A DNA stretch of 53,690 nucleotides, filler included, from Sluysia triapertura (GCA_046118255.1; 4 parts of 4 records of this genome joined end to end with filler, not necessarily neighbours in it), one strand, 5' to 3'. Shown: positions 1 through 15,179, counted from the first letter of the whole stretch. Notes: generated by a model not told the origin, from the letters alone. Numbers and translations are program-made.

Positions 1-435
1 AGTGTTTGAGCTTTCACAATTTTCCCATTTCTCTTTATTTTTCAAAATTTCTGATAACGTAGAAATTCCTAGGTCCATGTTAAATTCCCTTCTGATAATT
101 TGAGACAATTCACTCAGCGACATTTTCTTCGACTCCTTTATTGCATAAATTTTTGCCTTTGATGAATTGTAATTTCTGTTTTTTTTCTATCCACATGGAT
201 ATTTAATTTAAATAAATTAAAATTGTAAACAAGCTTAATATTTAAACAACATAATCCGAAACTTTTAAAAATTATTAGAAATTTAATTCGAAAAAGGGCT
301 TTCCGATTGCGGATCATGAAGTTTCGGGTTGACGAAATAATTACTTTTTTTGGATTATTGAAGTGCGGATTAATGAGGGTTAAATTCCTTCTCCTTTTAG
401 TTAATTTAAAGGATGAGTTCATTGATGTTTAACTG
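1..435 (-). mobile_element. Tigger/pogo (CENP-B/jerky-like) DNA transposon, 5' part with frameshifted HTH; runs off the window start
   Basis: Minus-strand translation across one frameshift gives RKKTEITIHQRQK/YAIKESKKMSLSELSQIIRREFNMDLGISTLSEILKNKEKWE, a CENP-B N-terminal HTH pattern (STLSEILKNKEKW). A candidate terminus CAGTTAAAAC lies near 435. Confidence 0.7.
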
Positions 436-3400
436 AAAGTAAAATGTGTACTTATAATTTAGGCACAAATAAAAAGAATTGTATATTTACATACATCATA
501 GAAAACCTAGAAATACAGCAATTATTAATTACTAAGTACCCACAGATCGAGGCCAGTATTGAAATTTGAAAAATCATATAACGTCTTTCGTAAGGACGTA
601 CATCGTTGATTATCGATAAGATAATTTCATTAGAGAAAACACTTACTGCACTTACTATAAAAATTTGGCTTATTCACTTTCGAGATCATAAATTGACCAA
701 AATCATTTGTCTTGCGAAATGATAATTAAATCACTATGTTCTTGTTTATATACTATTTTCGTCTGTTCCATATATAAAGTCAATAATTATTTAATTGTCA
801 ATGCATAAAGTCATATCTATAGTCAACTTCCATCTACTCAATATTTTTCTCTAATCAATTTAATTCTATGTTATTGATTTTATACTGTGGCTGTTAAACT
901 AAATTACAGTACATAATTTTACTATGTATTATTTTTCATTTTGTCTAATTTGTTATTTGTAACCGTCTGGCCAGTTATTTGTGCCTGTTTTATTGACGTT
1001 TATATTTGAACCGTAATACTTTCTACTCTTTTGGTAGGGGTTTTTTAATATTTTTAGTGTTTGTAAGTTTTTAAGTTGTAAAATGAATATTCGTGGATAT
1101 TTAGATATTATAAAATAAGTGTAATATTATTTTGTTCTTTTTTCATAATATCCACGATCCATTTAATAAGGTTTTCATTTTTTAATTTATTTTCTAACAT
1201 TTTTTTATTATTTATTTATTATTTACAATTAATTTAATATTTCTTAAAAAATTTATTTAGTATTTATCAATCTTATGGTTTTTTGTACCATAAGTAGTTT
1301 TAATTAAAAAAAATCTGAAAAATCAACATGAGTAATTGATTATAGCAGTTATGTTATTGGTTGAAATACTTATTTAACAGATTGAAAAATCCTAAATTTT
1401 AACTTTTGAATTGCAATTTGTATTTTATAAATTTTGTTTTAATAAAGATTTGTTAGAAAATGATGTTATGTTTCTGAAAATGCAAAAAATATTACTACAG
1501 GTTTGGCAAAATATTAAACAAAGAATATCTAATGGGAGGGGTATAAAATGAAAGATTTAATATGAAAATGTGATTTTATATTTGCATTTAAAGTAAATTT
1601 GAAGAGTTAAGAAAATTACAAGCAAAAATTACAAAATACAGAATATCCTCTTTGAGGCACATGACAAAAATTGAAAAAATATCTAATGATTTTATGATTG
1701 ATCTTAATGACCTACCGAAAATTAGGTATGTTAAGTATAGATTTTAACTCTAGCGAGTTTTCACTTTATGTAAAACAAATTTACTAATTTAATTAATAAA
1801 TTAATATTCGAAATCAGGAAATGTTTTTCTTGCGCGGTTTGATTGATCGGCTTGCAGAGAATTTGGAATTGAGATCCCTCTAATCGAATACGCGGGATTT
1901 AATTCTACTTGATAATTGATAACTTCTTCAGCACTGAGGATAACCAGTTATTGCTGCGTTTGATTCAATAATGGTAAATTAACAAATGGGATCTACTCTT
2001 GTAATTTTTAAATTAATGGCGAGTTAATTATGGCTTAAGTTATCCTTTGTTTATCTTTATATACTTATACGTATAAAGAAACGTATTTTTACAATTAATT
2101 TAGTAAAACAATTTCCTGTTCTTGAATATTCTTTTTAGATTACTTTTAAAATAATTAATTATTAATTTTAATTAAATTATTATTAGAATTTTTTAAATAA
2201 TAGTAATTTTAATAATTTTTATAATTCTTTTTAAATATAAAATATAAATATTTTTTACACCTTTATAATAATAATAAACATCTAAAATCCATAAAACGAT
2301 TCACTTCACCACAATTTCTTTCGAAATGGAATTGTACATTGCTTAAACCAAAAATAAAACAAAATCATCATCATAAATATCAAATATTCATTAAATAAAC
2401 ATTTCAAAAACGATTTATTGGAATACAAAATCCTAAGTCATTTTTGACATAAAAAGAACTTCATAGTAAAGTGAGAACTAGTTCTAAACTTAAAGTATAA
2501 ACAAAATTGAAAAAGAAACTTTAAATTTATTAGAGTTATACAATATTTATTTACGTTTCATTCAGAAAGCACACCTTTTTATAATTTTAAAAAATCTTAT
2601 TTCATTCAGTATCTGTCAATAAACAACGAAACTGTTTGATATATTATTATCGTTATATCGTTAAACAAAATACAACTGATTGTTTTGGCTTCTACAGTCA
2701 ATCATTAAATCTAATAATGCTAAAAGTAATTATTAAACTAATTATGATTTTTGTTACAAAAACTTGAATAATTTGAGTAATTCGGCATTTTATTAAATTA
2801 AAAATAAAAACAAAAGTTTCCTTAATTTTTGAATTACAAATTTATTAAAGGTTATAATATTTAAATTAAAATTCAAAAGTACATTTGACATAAATATTTT
2901 CGTTTTGTATGCTTGATGTACTATATTTGAAAATTACTTAATTAATAATAACTTAATTAGTAAATTAATAATTGAAAAAAAAGATCACGTCAAATGAACC
3001 ACGTATCATTATTATCATAACACAATAGTAAAACACATTGTGACAGATGGCATAAATTCAAATTTTTTATTTTGACAATGGTGACGTTATATGCACTCAT
3101 AAATTTTAATAACGTACTATACTTAATAAATGTTACACTATGTTTTCGAAATTGTCACTTAATTTATATAATTTCAACAAAATATGCGGCAATTCAGGCT
3201 ACATGCTTTTCATCATATACCGTCTTCAATGAGTTAATGTTTTCAATAAGACAGTAGGTAGAAATATCTTCGCGTTTAATATGTATTGCTACAGACCAGT
3301 CTGATTGGTTAAGTGCTTCATTCTTCAGAGTGAATATTGTGTTAAATTCGGATATGGTATTATTTAAGTGGGAAAATGTTTTATTACTTGATTTATGTAA

Positions 3401-4109
3401 TGTTTACTGCATTTGCACGTGTATAGAGCTTATAGTAATTGCAGGGATTTTATTTTAAATAATCAAAGTCGATTTTAATGGTTAGTTAATCAGAAAAGCG
3501 AGTCGCCTGCCACCACAATATCTGTTGTGATCTACAATCATTAATCTGACAACCAACCATACTTATAAAAGAGTGTGATATATAATATTATGCATTACAT
3601 ATCCATAATAGTTCTTTTTATGGCATTGTTATTGAATTTTACATACTCTAATACAAATCAAATCTTGTAGTGATAACGATTAGACTGTTTAAGAATTGTA
3701 TGAACTATATAAATAGTTTAAATAAATCTCCATTTCTTTAATCAGTATTCGTCCTGATCACACAAAACTATTTATGTAAGAAAAAATGGATATCATCCGT
3801 GCGAAGAAATCTCAATTTCCAAATAATACCAATTAATTCTGTAATGATGATGTTGCTAGCCGTTATTAAATATTACTAATAATAGAAAATCGTCAACATC
3901 ACGAAACATTTTAAGTATAATAGACGATTGTCTTCATATCCTTAATGCATAATCACAAATCTAAACGCTTGTAAAAGCTATAATATTAGTAATAATATTG
4001 TATTAATATAGAAAGTTACTAATATTAAAAAATTAAACGGCAAGAAAGAAAACAAATAAATACATTTATTAAAATTTGTCATCAAAATCATCATCATTCT
4101 CATTATTAA

Positions 4110-6730
4110 GAAAATACTTTCCATAGGCTACATTTTAATTCTTCTCCAGCCAGTACCTCTTATCGTCGTTGTTGGATCGTGCAATTTTCCTTGACTGGAT
4201 TGTGTATAATTGATGGCTTTTGAAGTCAAGTCTGGTTTGTTCTACATAATAAATAATACCATTTTAAAAACATTCTTTATATTCTATATGACTCATACTG
4301 GTGTCTTTCAGAGTGACTCCTTTGACCTTATTGTATTCAGTAGTACTAGATAATCAACAATAGAATTGAGCCTAAAAAATATAAAAGTGACTTTAGTTTT
4401 AGTCCATAAATGTTTCATTTACTTAAATCTAAAATACTTCTTTTGCTAGTCAAACAGCAATCAAATCGTCAGAATTGAATTTTTAAAACTGGCTTTAATT
4501 GTGCACTTAATTAAGTTTTTAGCAATGAGACAAAATCTGTAGTCTTACCATAAAGAGAATTGTTATAAACTTACAAAAATGTTTTTGGAATTTTGTAATA
4601 CTGCTGGTAAAAGCCCAACAAATTTTTATTACATTTATTAAATATGTATCTAAATGCTTAACACTGATACAGATATAAAATCTACATAAATAACAAATGG
4701 TGATGATACTGATTTACTGTGGAAGTAATTCCTTCAGGATCTTTACTACATAATGTAATATGATTATTAAATGAGATATTTGTCCTAAATTCTCTTAATC
4801 ACTTTTTAAATCGCGTATACCTTATTCTTAAAAAATTTCTTCATGTCTAAATTAAGAAATTTAAGTTCTTTCTTGTTAAATAATGGTAAGTATTTTGGTC
4901 CTCCAATAATGATAATAAATTAATAATTGTTTCACTATTCTACTTATTTCTATGTAATATACAAATAAATGCATTTTTAAAAACACCGTTTTTATCATGG
5001 ATATCACATTCATCAGCATCATTACAATTTAAAAATATTTATTAATATATTTAATCGTTCAAATTTAGATATATTAAATATAGTCATTGTTAATTTAAAA
5101 TCTTTATAAATGAATTTATCCAAATGTTTTGTGTAACCTATTTCAAAATTTATATCATAAAAACATAAATTATCACTCTTTTGAACATTAATAACACTAT
5201 GAACATATAATAACCTATCTGGCGTTTTAATATATGATCTACCATTTAAAAATGTTAAATCTCAAAATTTTGTTTAATAACTCTAATATTTGGTCTACAA
5301 CCTAACCACTATCTAACTCTGGGCATGCTTTTATTTTTCACTTATTGAATCTGTTACGAAAATTATAAAATCATTATTATACACCTTAGCTGGTTCACTT
5401 ACGTACAATTCTTTAATTTCACCATCCTTACTAAACTTGACCTTAGATATTAATACTTCTTAATTGATTTTAATTTCTCTAAACTTAACTGTTATTTATT
5501 TAGGAAAAAGTACTGATTTTATAATTCAATCACTTAAATTGCAAATTAAAATTTGGTTAAATCACTTTTTAAGTGGATATTTTTAGAGATTAAAAGCTTC
5601 TTCCAAACCTATACACTATTAAATTACCTTTTCCATCATTTTCACCATTAATTCCATATTGCACGACATTTAATGCATCGTCATTCATGAGATATAAACC
5701 TAATAATATAATTTAATAAAATGAACAATTACTTTTGACATCTTCTTCCTTATATTTCCATTTTGGACCTTGTTCGCCATTTGCAAATAATCTAAAAATT
5801 ACTTTAATAAAAATTACTTTTATATATTTTTCATTTATAAAATATCTTCTTCTTCGATGTTTTTCCAAAAATTAAATTTATTTCTATAAATTATATTTAT
5901 TTCTAAATAGTACATAATTAATAAAATTGATTCTAAAATACTTTTGATAATGAAAATTATTGAATCTTAATTACAAACTTTAACATTAATTTTGCTAAAT
6001 ATAAATGACAAATTACACACATACTTATTAAAATAACGTTTTTATAAATTACATACAAATTATTTTGGTGTTGCGGTGATATTTATTGCTACTGTTTTAA
6101 GTTTGTTGTACATACAAAACTACTTTCAATTCTAGAAATAAATTTCCACATGCATATACCTTTCTGTAACAAATATGTAAAATACTGTCTGTTTAATATC
6201 ATATTTGAATTTGACTCTGGTATTTTGCACTCCATAAAAAGTTTTATTTCTTTAATAACTGATGTTTATGTTTCATTAAATACTTGTTTGTTGTTTCAGT
6301 TTTTCATTCAAGCCATTCCATTTAATTGATAGTAAGTATATCATTAATTGGATCAAACCAGTCTTCAACATTCATTATACATAGTTCTTTAATTAATAGT
6401 TTCTTTTCATTATTAACAAAACTTTCTATATCAATGAAGACAAAATTCAATTTATATTATTTTGTTCTATAAACTATTGTTTTACATCAAAAAAAGCAAT
6501 TAACAAACTAAGATATATTTATTTACAACTGGAATCAAATATTTTGGTGATTGAAAAAATCCAATAATAATTAACTACCCATTGCAAACTCTTTTGAATT
6601 AATTATTTTTCATTTATTTAAATTGTATACAGTATCGTTATTGTTATAATTTCAGTATCACGACTGAAATTTAGAATATGTTCTAATATTGTATTTTGTG
6701 CACAATAACAATTTTTACCTTAGATTTGAG
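4110..6730 (-). mobile_element. Decayed Maverick/Polinton element: protein-primed DNA polymerase B fragments plus an accessory ORF
   Basis: Minus-strand fragments occur in collinear order: ELDSG*VVDQILEL and GRSYIKTPDRLLYVHSVINVQK..DNLCF (~5330-5165), SPFVIYVDF (~4700), NKVKGVTLKDTSMSHIEYKECF (~4330-4265), FKSHQLYTIQSRKIARSNNDDKRYWLEKN*NVAYG (~4230-4120). These match Maverick pPolB N- and C-terminal motifs. Upstream FVFIDIESFVNNEKKLLIKELCI...TNKYLMKHKHQL (~6445-6255) resembles a Maverick accessory protein. Many stops and frameshifts; boundaries approximate. Confidence 0.75.
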
Positions 6731-9452
6731 TATTGCGAGATTATTACTTGTTTTCTTACGCAGAATAGAAGTATAAGCGTGTGAGTTCACCAACATATCT
6801 AGTCTTACCGGTTAGAGCTAGTCGTTGGATTTAAAAGTAAAAGAAAACTTCTGGAGGTTAATCTGATGTAAGATTTTAACTTTCCTCTATTAATACTGTG
6901 GTTCTCTATTAACAGAACCTGGAAAAGTCAAATTGGTTAATTTTAAAATGCATATTAATTTACACATGTTCTTTGTTTAAACGGAATCTTTAAAAAATTG
7001 ATTAGATTTTACTTTGGTAACTAGATTGGACTGAACTAAATATTAGCGAAAAGATTTTGATGGCGATTTTTCATAGATTCTTTAAAATGAACGTAGTGTC
7101 TCAAATATTCTTAATTTAAATAAAAATAAAAAAAAATAATAAACAAAACAATATATTAATATGACTGAAAAGATTTAATCGGTATGGAAAATGAATTTAC
7201 AATAATAATAATAAAAATAATAATAATAATAAAATTATTATTATTATTATTAATTTAGAAAGGATTATCTTTGACTAATAATCATATATGAATAAGAATT
7301 TAAGTAAATTTTACTCTGCAATAATAAATAATTGAGTGATACTTGTATAAATAAAACTAACGAAATATTAAATAATGTTTTGTTTTTCCAGTGATAAATT
7401 TTTTCGCCAATATAAGCCTTCGACAAGGATCTTAAATCTTGTGAACAATTTTAGTATAAAAACTTTGTATGTTACCACTTGTGATTATTGTAAAAATTTC
7501 GGGTTTTTATATTAAAATTCAACTTAAGCTTTAATAATTTAAACAAATCCATTTAATATTCTAATAATTTAATATTTCGTTAGTTTAGTAATTTGTTTCA
7601 ATTTTTATAAAATAACTTACATTAATCAAATAAATCAAATATTCCAAAATAATAATTATAATCTTAATAAAACTGATCATAAATAAACATAAAACATTGT
7701 ACTTTATAAATTTACACATAATAATCGATAAAGCAAATCAATAAACACACATTGACAGTATTATTAAATGATAAAATCACATTTTTCCATAATACATGAA
7801 ACATATAATTAGTTATTCTTTATCTGTGCCATCTGTTTTGTAAGTTTACTAAGTTGTTGTTTGACGAGTTTAATATATTAGTGTTATGAAATATATTCTT
7901 ATTATTGTATTATTGTAAAAAAACTTAATTACCAACCATTACCATTAAAGATGTTAAAATAATTACATAACTTTACATTGTTAACATAGGACTTAAGATC
8001 CTCAAATAAAGTTATTAAAACATTAAGATAGAACATACATTCTTAGAACATATAGCATTAATTTGCTGACACCAAGAAAAAAAGTCTCCGGGCACATAAA
8101 ACCAATAAAACTGGGGACTTCAATGGTTTTAAATTAATCTTAAATTTAATTATTAACACAAGAGAAACTTCAGAATTTAAATTCATTATAACTTTTGGCA
8201 GAATAACAGAAATTTAATTTAATAGAAAAATTAAATAATTTAAAAATACATCAGCTGTTTCTCTTATATCATTTTGATAAACTAAATTTATCAGATGACT
8301 CTCAGATGAATACTTGAAATTAATGCTTAAATCTTTTATATACTTAGCCAAGATAAAATAACCTTGAACTAATAATAAATTCTTAACTTCATAACTATTT
8401 AAATCATTAATTTTAATTAGAAAAAATAATTTTAAAAAATTAAAAGATTATCAACTGCATCAGTGAGTTTCTCCAAAACTTGGCCTTTATGAGAGTTAGG
8501 GCATCATTTTGTTACTGTTAAAGCAGCATTGAGTAAAATAACTCCTTGTTTGTCCCAGCCAGTTAAATTACCACGATTAAGAATTCGTCAATGTTAGTCA
8601 ATAATTCCTTAAACTCGGTGGTGGTTGACAATGTTATAAAAAATAAAAAGCTACCACATGAGCTTTTCCATACCCATAATACGGATCTTGACCAATAATT
8701 ACAACTTTAACATTATTTAGTGCAGTTAATTCAGTCCATGAAAATATTAGTTTTTCTGGCGGATTTCGAAGATTTTTCTTTGTTTAAAAATAACAGCTAT
8801 TTATTTATATAATGGTTTAATAATTCTTCTCTTAGAAAAGGATACTCTCAAAAAGGCTTTGACTAGAATTCAATACAGACATTTAATTAATAATAATTTA
8901 TAGATTCTTTGAATTAAGAAATAATAAGATGAATCGTGAAGATGATCATGAGACTAAATTTACGATTCTGAAATAATTACGATTAATATTAACATAATTG
9001 GTTATTATCATTTTAATATAAGTGATTTTATTGTGGAATCTTGTAGCGTTTTGTGTGTGATTTGTAATTTATGTTAAATGTTGTAAGATGATAATAATTA
9101 AAATAGATGTAATATAAAGTTTTATTTATGTGAATGGTAAAAATTTTTGTACATGACAGGGGCACCATAATAAGTTTCATGTCAACAAATAATAATGTAT
9201 CATTAAGGTAATCAGTTTCTGATGCTTGTATTTTAAATTCTATATTTTCGTCACTATTTATTATATTTATACTATATTTATACTATATTTATACATATTT
9301 CTTCCAAAGCTGCATTGATAATAAGGACGATCAAAAATACATAACTCAGTTTTTGCATAACTCATTATTTACCATTAAATATATTTACACTTATGTTTTA
9401 TTTATTTTTATTATTAATTTAATTTTCATTATTAAATTAATTTTTAATCCAG

Positions 9453-9473
9453 ATCTGACAGATGATTTCATGC
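9453..9473 (+). CDS. Candidate 21-nt microexon or start-codon exon of the FBXL7-like gene
   Basis: tttttaatccAG|ATCTGACAGATGATTTCATGC|GTAAGT. It ends in phase 1 and joins in frame to exon 11811 (..DDFM H SNQS). Confidence 0.4.
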
Positions 9474-9959
9474 GTAAGTCCTGAATAGGTTTAAAGCAAA
9501 TAATTTTATATACCCAAACTCATATGAACACTAGCATTGTTATTCTTATTATTGTTATTAGTATCATTTGGTTGAATTAATAATTATTAATATATTATTA
9601 TTAATGCACAATTATTATTTTTAGAAACAATAATAATAAAAGCACAGCCTAATAATTTCATTTGATTAAAGTAAATAAAATAAATAAAGCAAGCAAAATA
9701 TTTCATAAAATCATTTAAAAATTAAATAAAAATTATTTATTACTAGGTCTCTTTTAGATGCCTAAACGTCGGATTAAATTGATTTTTATTAATTAAGTGT
9801 TCGAATTATATTTTAAATATAGAAGTACAAAATCTGTAACTTTACCCTCGGAGACAAATTCAAAACTAACCTTCATGCTATAGAGACCAATTTATTTATT
9901 TATTGTGAAATAAACATTAACGATGATTTGAGTAAGAGTAGTAAAACAATAGTTGAATT

Positions 9960-9963
<4 letters not shown>

Positions 9964-10019
<56 letters not shown>
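9964..10019. repeat. (TAT)n microsatellite; similar tracts at ~15960, 18035, 22937, 30021, 33357, 39256, 44084, 45018 and 51338
   Basis: Directly visible. Confidence 0.95.
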
Positions 10020-11810
10020 GTCACACATATTAATACATAATTTTATTATGCCGATTAAAATCACAATTAAATTATAAAGTCATTTGTTTAATGGCACCTT
10101 ATCTTAGTTTAAACTAAAATCAAGTGCTGGTGTGAAATTTCAGATGATTTTCAAGCATTATTATTATGATTATTATTATAATTAATGTTACAATAATAAT
10201 TATAATCTTTATTATACTTATACTTATAAATAATAAAATAATTATACAATAATGTTGCTGAAATTACAAGTACTTCATATAAAAGTTGACTACTATTCTT
10301 AAATTGTAACCAAAAAAGATCTTGTGAATATTTAAGCAAATTTTATTCAAAATACTAATTGGTACCTATAAATATATATGATATTTGTCATGTGAATTTT
10401 TTTAATTTTTTTTAAACTAATTTAAGTTTTCAAGTTAAATCTATATTCATTTTATTAATTATAACTTGTTTTAATTTTGACTTTTTTATTTGTTTAGTTA
10501 TTTTCAAAATTAATTAATAACATAATTAACGGTAGTGTTTGAATATCAAAATAATTAAAATAACAGATTAGCCATGGAAACGCTATCACATCTATAATTT
10601 AAATAACCATTGAACCATTATAGAGGGATATATTATTAAGTCACTATTATTAAGTCACTATAAAATATAGGAGAATTATTGGCAATAATAAGAAATATAA
10701 TATGGAAATTTTATATTAAAAAAGGCACAACTAGTGGAAGTAGAAATATCTAAGAAATGAGTTCCATTGATTATGGAAACAACGAAGAAAATTCAGTATA
10801 ATTAGGTTGATTGTAGTAATGAAATTAAATTACTTACAAATTGTAATTCTACACTTCAGTAGAATTTAAAACAATATTTTGTTGAATTTTAATCTTAACA
10901 TTTCATCGATTAAAAATTGTTTCGATGCGATATGTTTAATTTAATTGTTTATGCATATTTTATCATTATGTTACAATAATATAATTTATTATTGTAAGCA
11001 TTTTAGCTCTTACTTTCAGGATAAGTGGTTCAAAATTAAATATATAACGAGGTAGACAAACACGAAACAGCTAATATTTAAAGTTTAATTTAATTTGAAA
11101 AACACAATATTTATAAACTTTTTGACTCACGAAAAGTTTTTAATAACGAAAATCAATAAAAAAAATTAAATTTAAACAATGGTTTATTATAAGAAAACAT
11201 GTTTGAAAAATTTGAAAATATGAAAATATGAGAAATTAAATAAATAAATGAAACTTATTGCATATAAAGAGACATTAAATAATATGCAATAATAAATCGA
11301 AAACCAATGTAAAATTCAGCAGAATTGTAAAAATTTGATTAATTATTTATTGTTTGAAGTGAAATGTTCAAAGTAAGGAGTAATGCATAATCGAATTTTT
11401 CAATTCTTCCTCTTGAACAATGTGAATAATACTTTTGCGAATTATATTCAGAAAACTTCACATATGCTAGAACTGTGTATGTGTTTGTTTTAAAAAGTTC
11501 TTTAGATTAATATATGGTTTGACTGAGTTCATGCAAAGAAAGCTTTAATATCGGGCAAAGTCAAATTTTAATTAATTCTCAATTCTGGAATGTTGAATTT
11601 TTCATATTTAGTAAGATGGAAAGATAATGAATTGAATATGAGATGATTTTGTAACGAAAAATGAGAATCTATACATGAATTTGAAATAATTATAGAATGA
11701 TCTGTTTAAGAATGAGAGCACTTTTCCATTAGAAAACTGAGAATCCAGTGGATTCTAAAAATGTAAAAAATAAAATTAAACTTATTAAATATTGAATTAT
11801 TGCATTACAG

Positions 11811-12032
11811 ATAGTAACCAAAGCAATAATCTGGAATTTCTAACTGCTGATTCTGGCATTGTCAGTGATAATTCTAGTGGTACTACTCAAGATCTATATC
11901 GACATCGTCATCATGTAATGCCATTTAATAGTAATTTAAACAATAACCATTTATGTCACTATGGTTGCGAAGTGACCAGTCAGATTCCACATAATTCGCA
12001 TTTGATCATGTCATCAAGATATTCACACGATG
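11811..12032 (+). CDS. FBXL7: FBXL7-like gene, N-terminal low-complexity exon
   Basis: ttacAG acceptor and open frame SNQSNNLEFLTADSGIVSDNSSG...YSHD. The phase-1 donor G|GTTGGT is in frame with exon 13703. Confidence 0.6.
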
Positions 12033-13702
12033 GTTGGTTTTGAAATATCAAAAAATGCAAATATAAATCTGTAAATTAATAATTTATTTAAATAAATAAG
12101 TTTCATTGAATATTCAAACTTTCGATGCGTTTAAGTGATCCATATCGTTATTTTAAAATAAATGAAATTAAAATGTTTCAAAAATATTAAGTTCTTAATT
12201 ACTTTATCCGCAAAATGACGCCAAACTAGCAGTAAAAAAAACAAAACATAATAGATATCACTCACAAAAAAGATCGTAAAATCAAAGATATTTAATTTGA
12301 TATATCTGGAATAATTTTTGATTATATATTTACAATCTGTATATTGGTAAAAATTATATTTGTTAAATTTGGACATTCGTGGTTTCTTGTGTTTCTAGTG
12401 ACTCTATAATTAACAGATTTACATTTAGGAATTTCGGTATCCACATACTTGACATACTCCACAGCTCCAGCAAAATTATTCTTTATCCAAAATAAGAAGT
12501 CGTCAGTTAATAATTGTTTAAGTTATTCCCTTTTAACTAGAATCTTAACTAGAATCAATTTAATTAAGGACGAAAGCCTTAATTTTAACATTATATTGTC
12601 ATATTATTATTTTATATGCAAAAATGTAATTCACTTTTTGGTACATTTGGTGAAATATATTTTTGTGTATTTAATATTTGTTATTTATTGAATTAACTTT
12701 GCATAAGATATCAGAAGAATAAAAAGTTCATTAAGTGATTATTTGGGAATATTCGTTAGTGTAATATTAAAACAATTTTGTAGCAAGATATTACTAAGGA
12801 ATAATTATTGTTTGTTGAAGTATTAAAATAACCTTTTAGTATTTATTAAGTATTAAATTAAAAAAGGTTTATTAAGTTTCGAATTATTATTGAAGTGTTA
12901 AAATAACATTATATCAAGATATTAAGTGTTAAATTAAAATAGTAAAAGACTTATTAGAAGAATAAAAGCTTATAAGTGATGAATTATATTTGTAAAAGTT
13001 TGAATCCTTTGAATTCATTGATATCTTAGGAAATTGCACAAGTATCTATTTAAGTTTAATCTTTAACTAGCTATTCGATTCTAATCGTACACCCATAGTA
13101 TTTATAAAAGAAATCATGTGATCTCGTCTTCCTTTAGGATCACAGTTGAATTCGACAATATTTGCCGTGAAGTTTATTTTAGATTAGATAAAAATAATAA
13201 ATAAAGTAAATTTATAATAAATGAAAGCAAAATAATAAGTACAGAAGATTAATCGAAATAAGAAAATTTATTAGTCCTATAACATTGATCGTGACAATTT
13301 TTGTAAAGTTTGGTTATTACACATTTTACGTAGGTGTGGAAGTATTTAAAGACAAATATGGACAATTAAAATTTTTTAAATAAATGTTTTGTTGAATAAT
13401 AAGCAAACAATAAAGCATAAAAAAGATTAGAATGTTTCCCATTAAGATATTGCTAGATTAATGTTTCAAGAATTGAATTTTTTGCCTCTTAATGCAACAA
13501 ATTATTTATTGTTATAAATTATAAATTATAAATTAAATTATAAATTATCTATAAATTATCTGTTATTAGTTGTACTACAAAATTATAACTTAATTCACGA
13601 TTCAATTATATTAGTTAAATTAATTTTAAAAGAATTTCGTCATAATATTTCAATTTAATTCTTAAACTTATTTCACTTATAATATGAACTAATTCAATTT
13701 AG

Positions 13703-14535
13703 ATCCTGCTCCTACTCCAAATTCTTTATTCTCTCCTACTAATACTTCATGTAGGCCTATAACGTCGTCCGAAATAAATTCTACCTCATCGACCCAATCC
13801 CTCATACACATAGCTTCTCATCAACCATCACTTCTTAGTTCTATATCCGAATCTCGTCTCACTACACCCTCATTATCCCCAGCTTCTTCAATTCACACTC
13901 CGATATTTCCATACCATCATCAAATACCTTCATCCATTACTTATCCTATAGACTACGGCCCTGTCCACCCTTATATGCATCATCAGCCTTACTATAAACC
14001 TGTTGAACATCCTAGTGATGCATATACCTCAGTAGCGTCGTCATCAACCTCCTCAGATACCGAAAGTTCATCGTGCGAATCTTTTAAAACAAAACCAGTT
14101 TCAGCATCATCCAGCGATATTTTATTTGTTCCACAATCAACGAGAAAACAACGTCGAAAAATGATTCGGCAAAGAATGTTGACAAAATTTCACGAATCAA
14201 ATGGTCCTTGCATTTATGTTCATAATAAAACTAATAAATATAATCAGAATTACAAATGTCACGCATGTGACCAAATCAATTCAATTAATTCTGATTCGTC
14301 ACATCCTAATTCGATTATTAATTCTAATAATACAATATCATCAATTTCTAGATGGGATCGATTACCATATCGTGTATTAGCTTCGGTGGTCAGTCATTTA
14401 TCGATCAAAGATGTAGTCAGATGTGCACAGGTTTGTCGCAATTGGTACTTCATAATATGGCAACCGGGATTGTGGAGATCAATTAATTTCGCAAAATGGA
14501 AACGAGAAAATAACATTAATGACATTACTGAAACG
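13703..14535 (+). CDS. FBXL7: FBXL7-like gene, exon with Ser/Pro-rich region and F-box
   Basis: tttAG acceptor and an open frame through the F-box WDRLPYRVLASVVSHLSIKDVVRCAQVCRNWYFIIWQPGLWRSI; donor ACG|GTAAAT. Confidence 0.85.
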
Positions 14536-15179
14536 GTAAATTATTAATAATATTTTATTTACACTTATAAGTATAATATTTAATATTACAATAAAAGACG
14601 TACAAATAATTAATACTGATAATATTATTCTTATCAATTTTATTTAAATGTAAATACTTTACGACCTTCTTATTTTATTATTAACTTAATATTAATAAGT
14701 TGAATCTTAGTATTTTTTGAGTTTTCCTATTAAAAATATTATTATTGATCAATTATTTTTCTTCACAACTCTATAATATGTATATATTTCAGTATATTTT
14801 CAGTACATTTTCACACATAAATGTTACCTTTTATAAAATATATTTGACTAATATTCTCTCAAAGAGTTTCAGAGGAAACCACAGTTAAGAATGATGAATT
14901 TGAATATAACACACTAATCTAAAAATAAAATTATAAACAATTTGTATTACAGAAAGAAGTGTTTCAACTATTGAGTTAATTTGGATGAAAACTTTAATAT
15001 TATAGAAAATGTAGGTGTGCTTCAGACCACTGATTTTTACTGAAACACATTTCATATTTTTAAGAATATATTAAATATTTTTTTGAGGTTTACATTGTTA
15101 AATATTCCATTATTTACATAAAATATTTTTTATTTTTCTTACATTTATTTATTTTTTAAGTAATTATTTATTTATTCAG

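Noticed and set aside
1490-1975. Exon-like segments with GT/AG sites
   Set aside because: Joined frames hit stops and resemble no family I recognise.
7900-8750. Possible LINE endonuclease remnant (KTGDFN)
   Set aside because: Only one short motif, with no supporting collinear motifs that I could verify.
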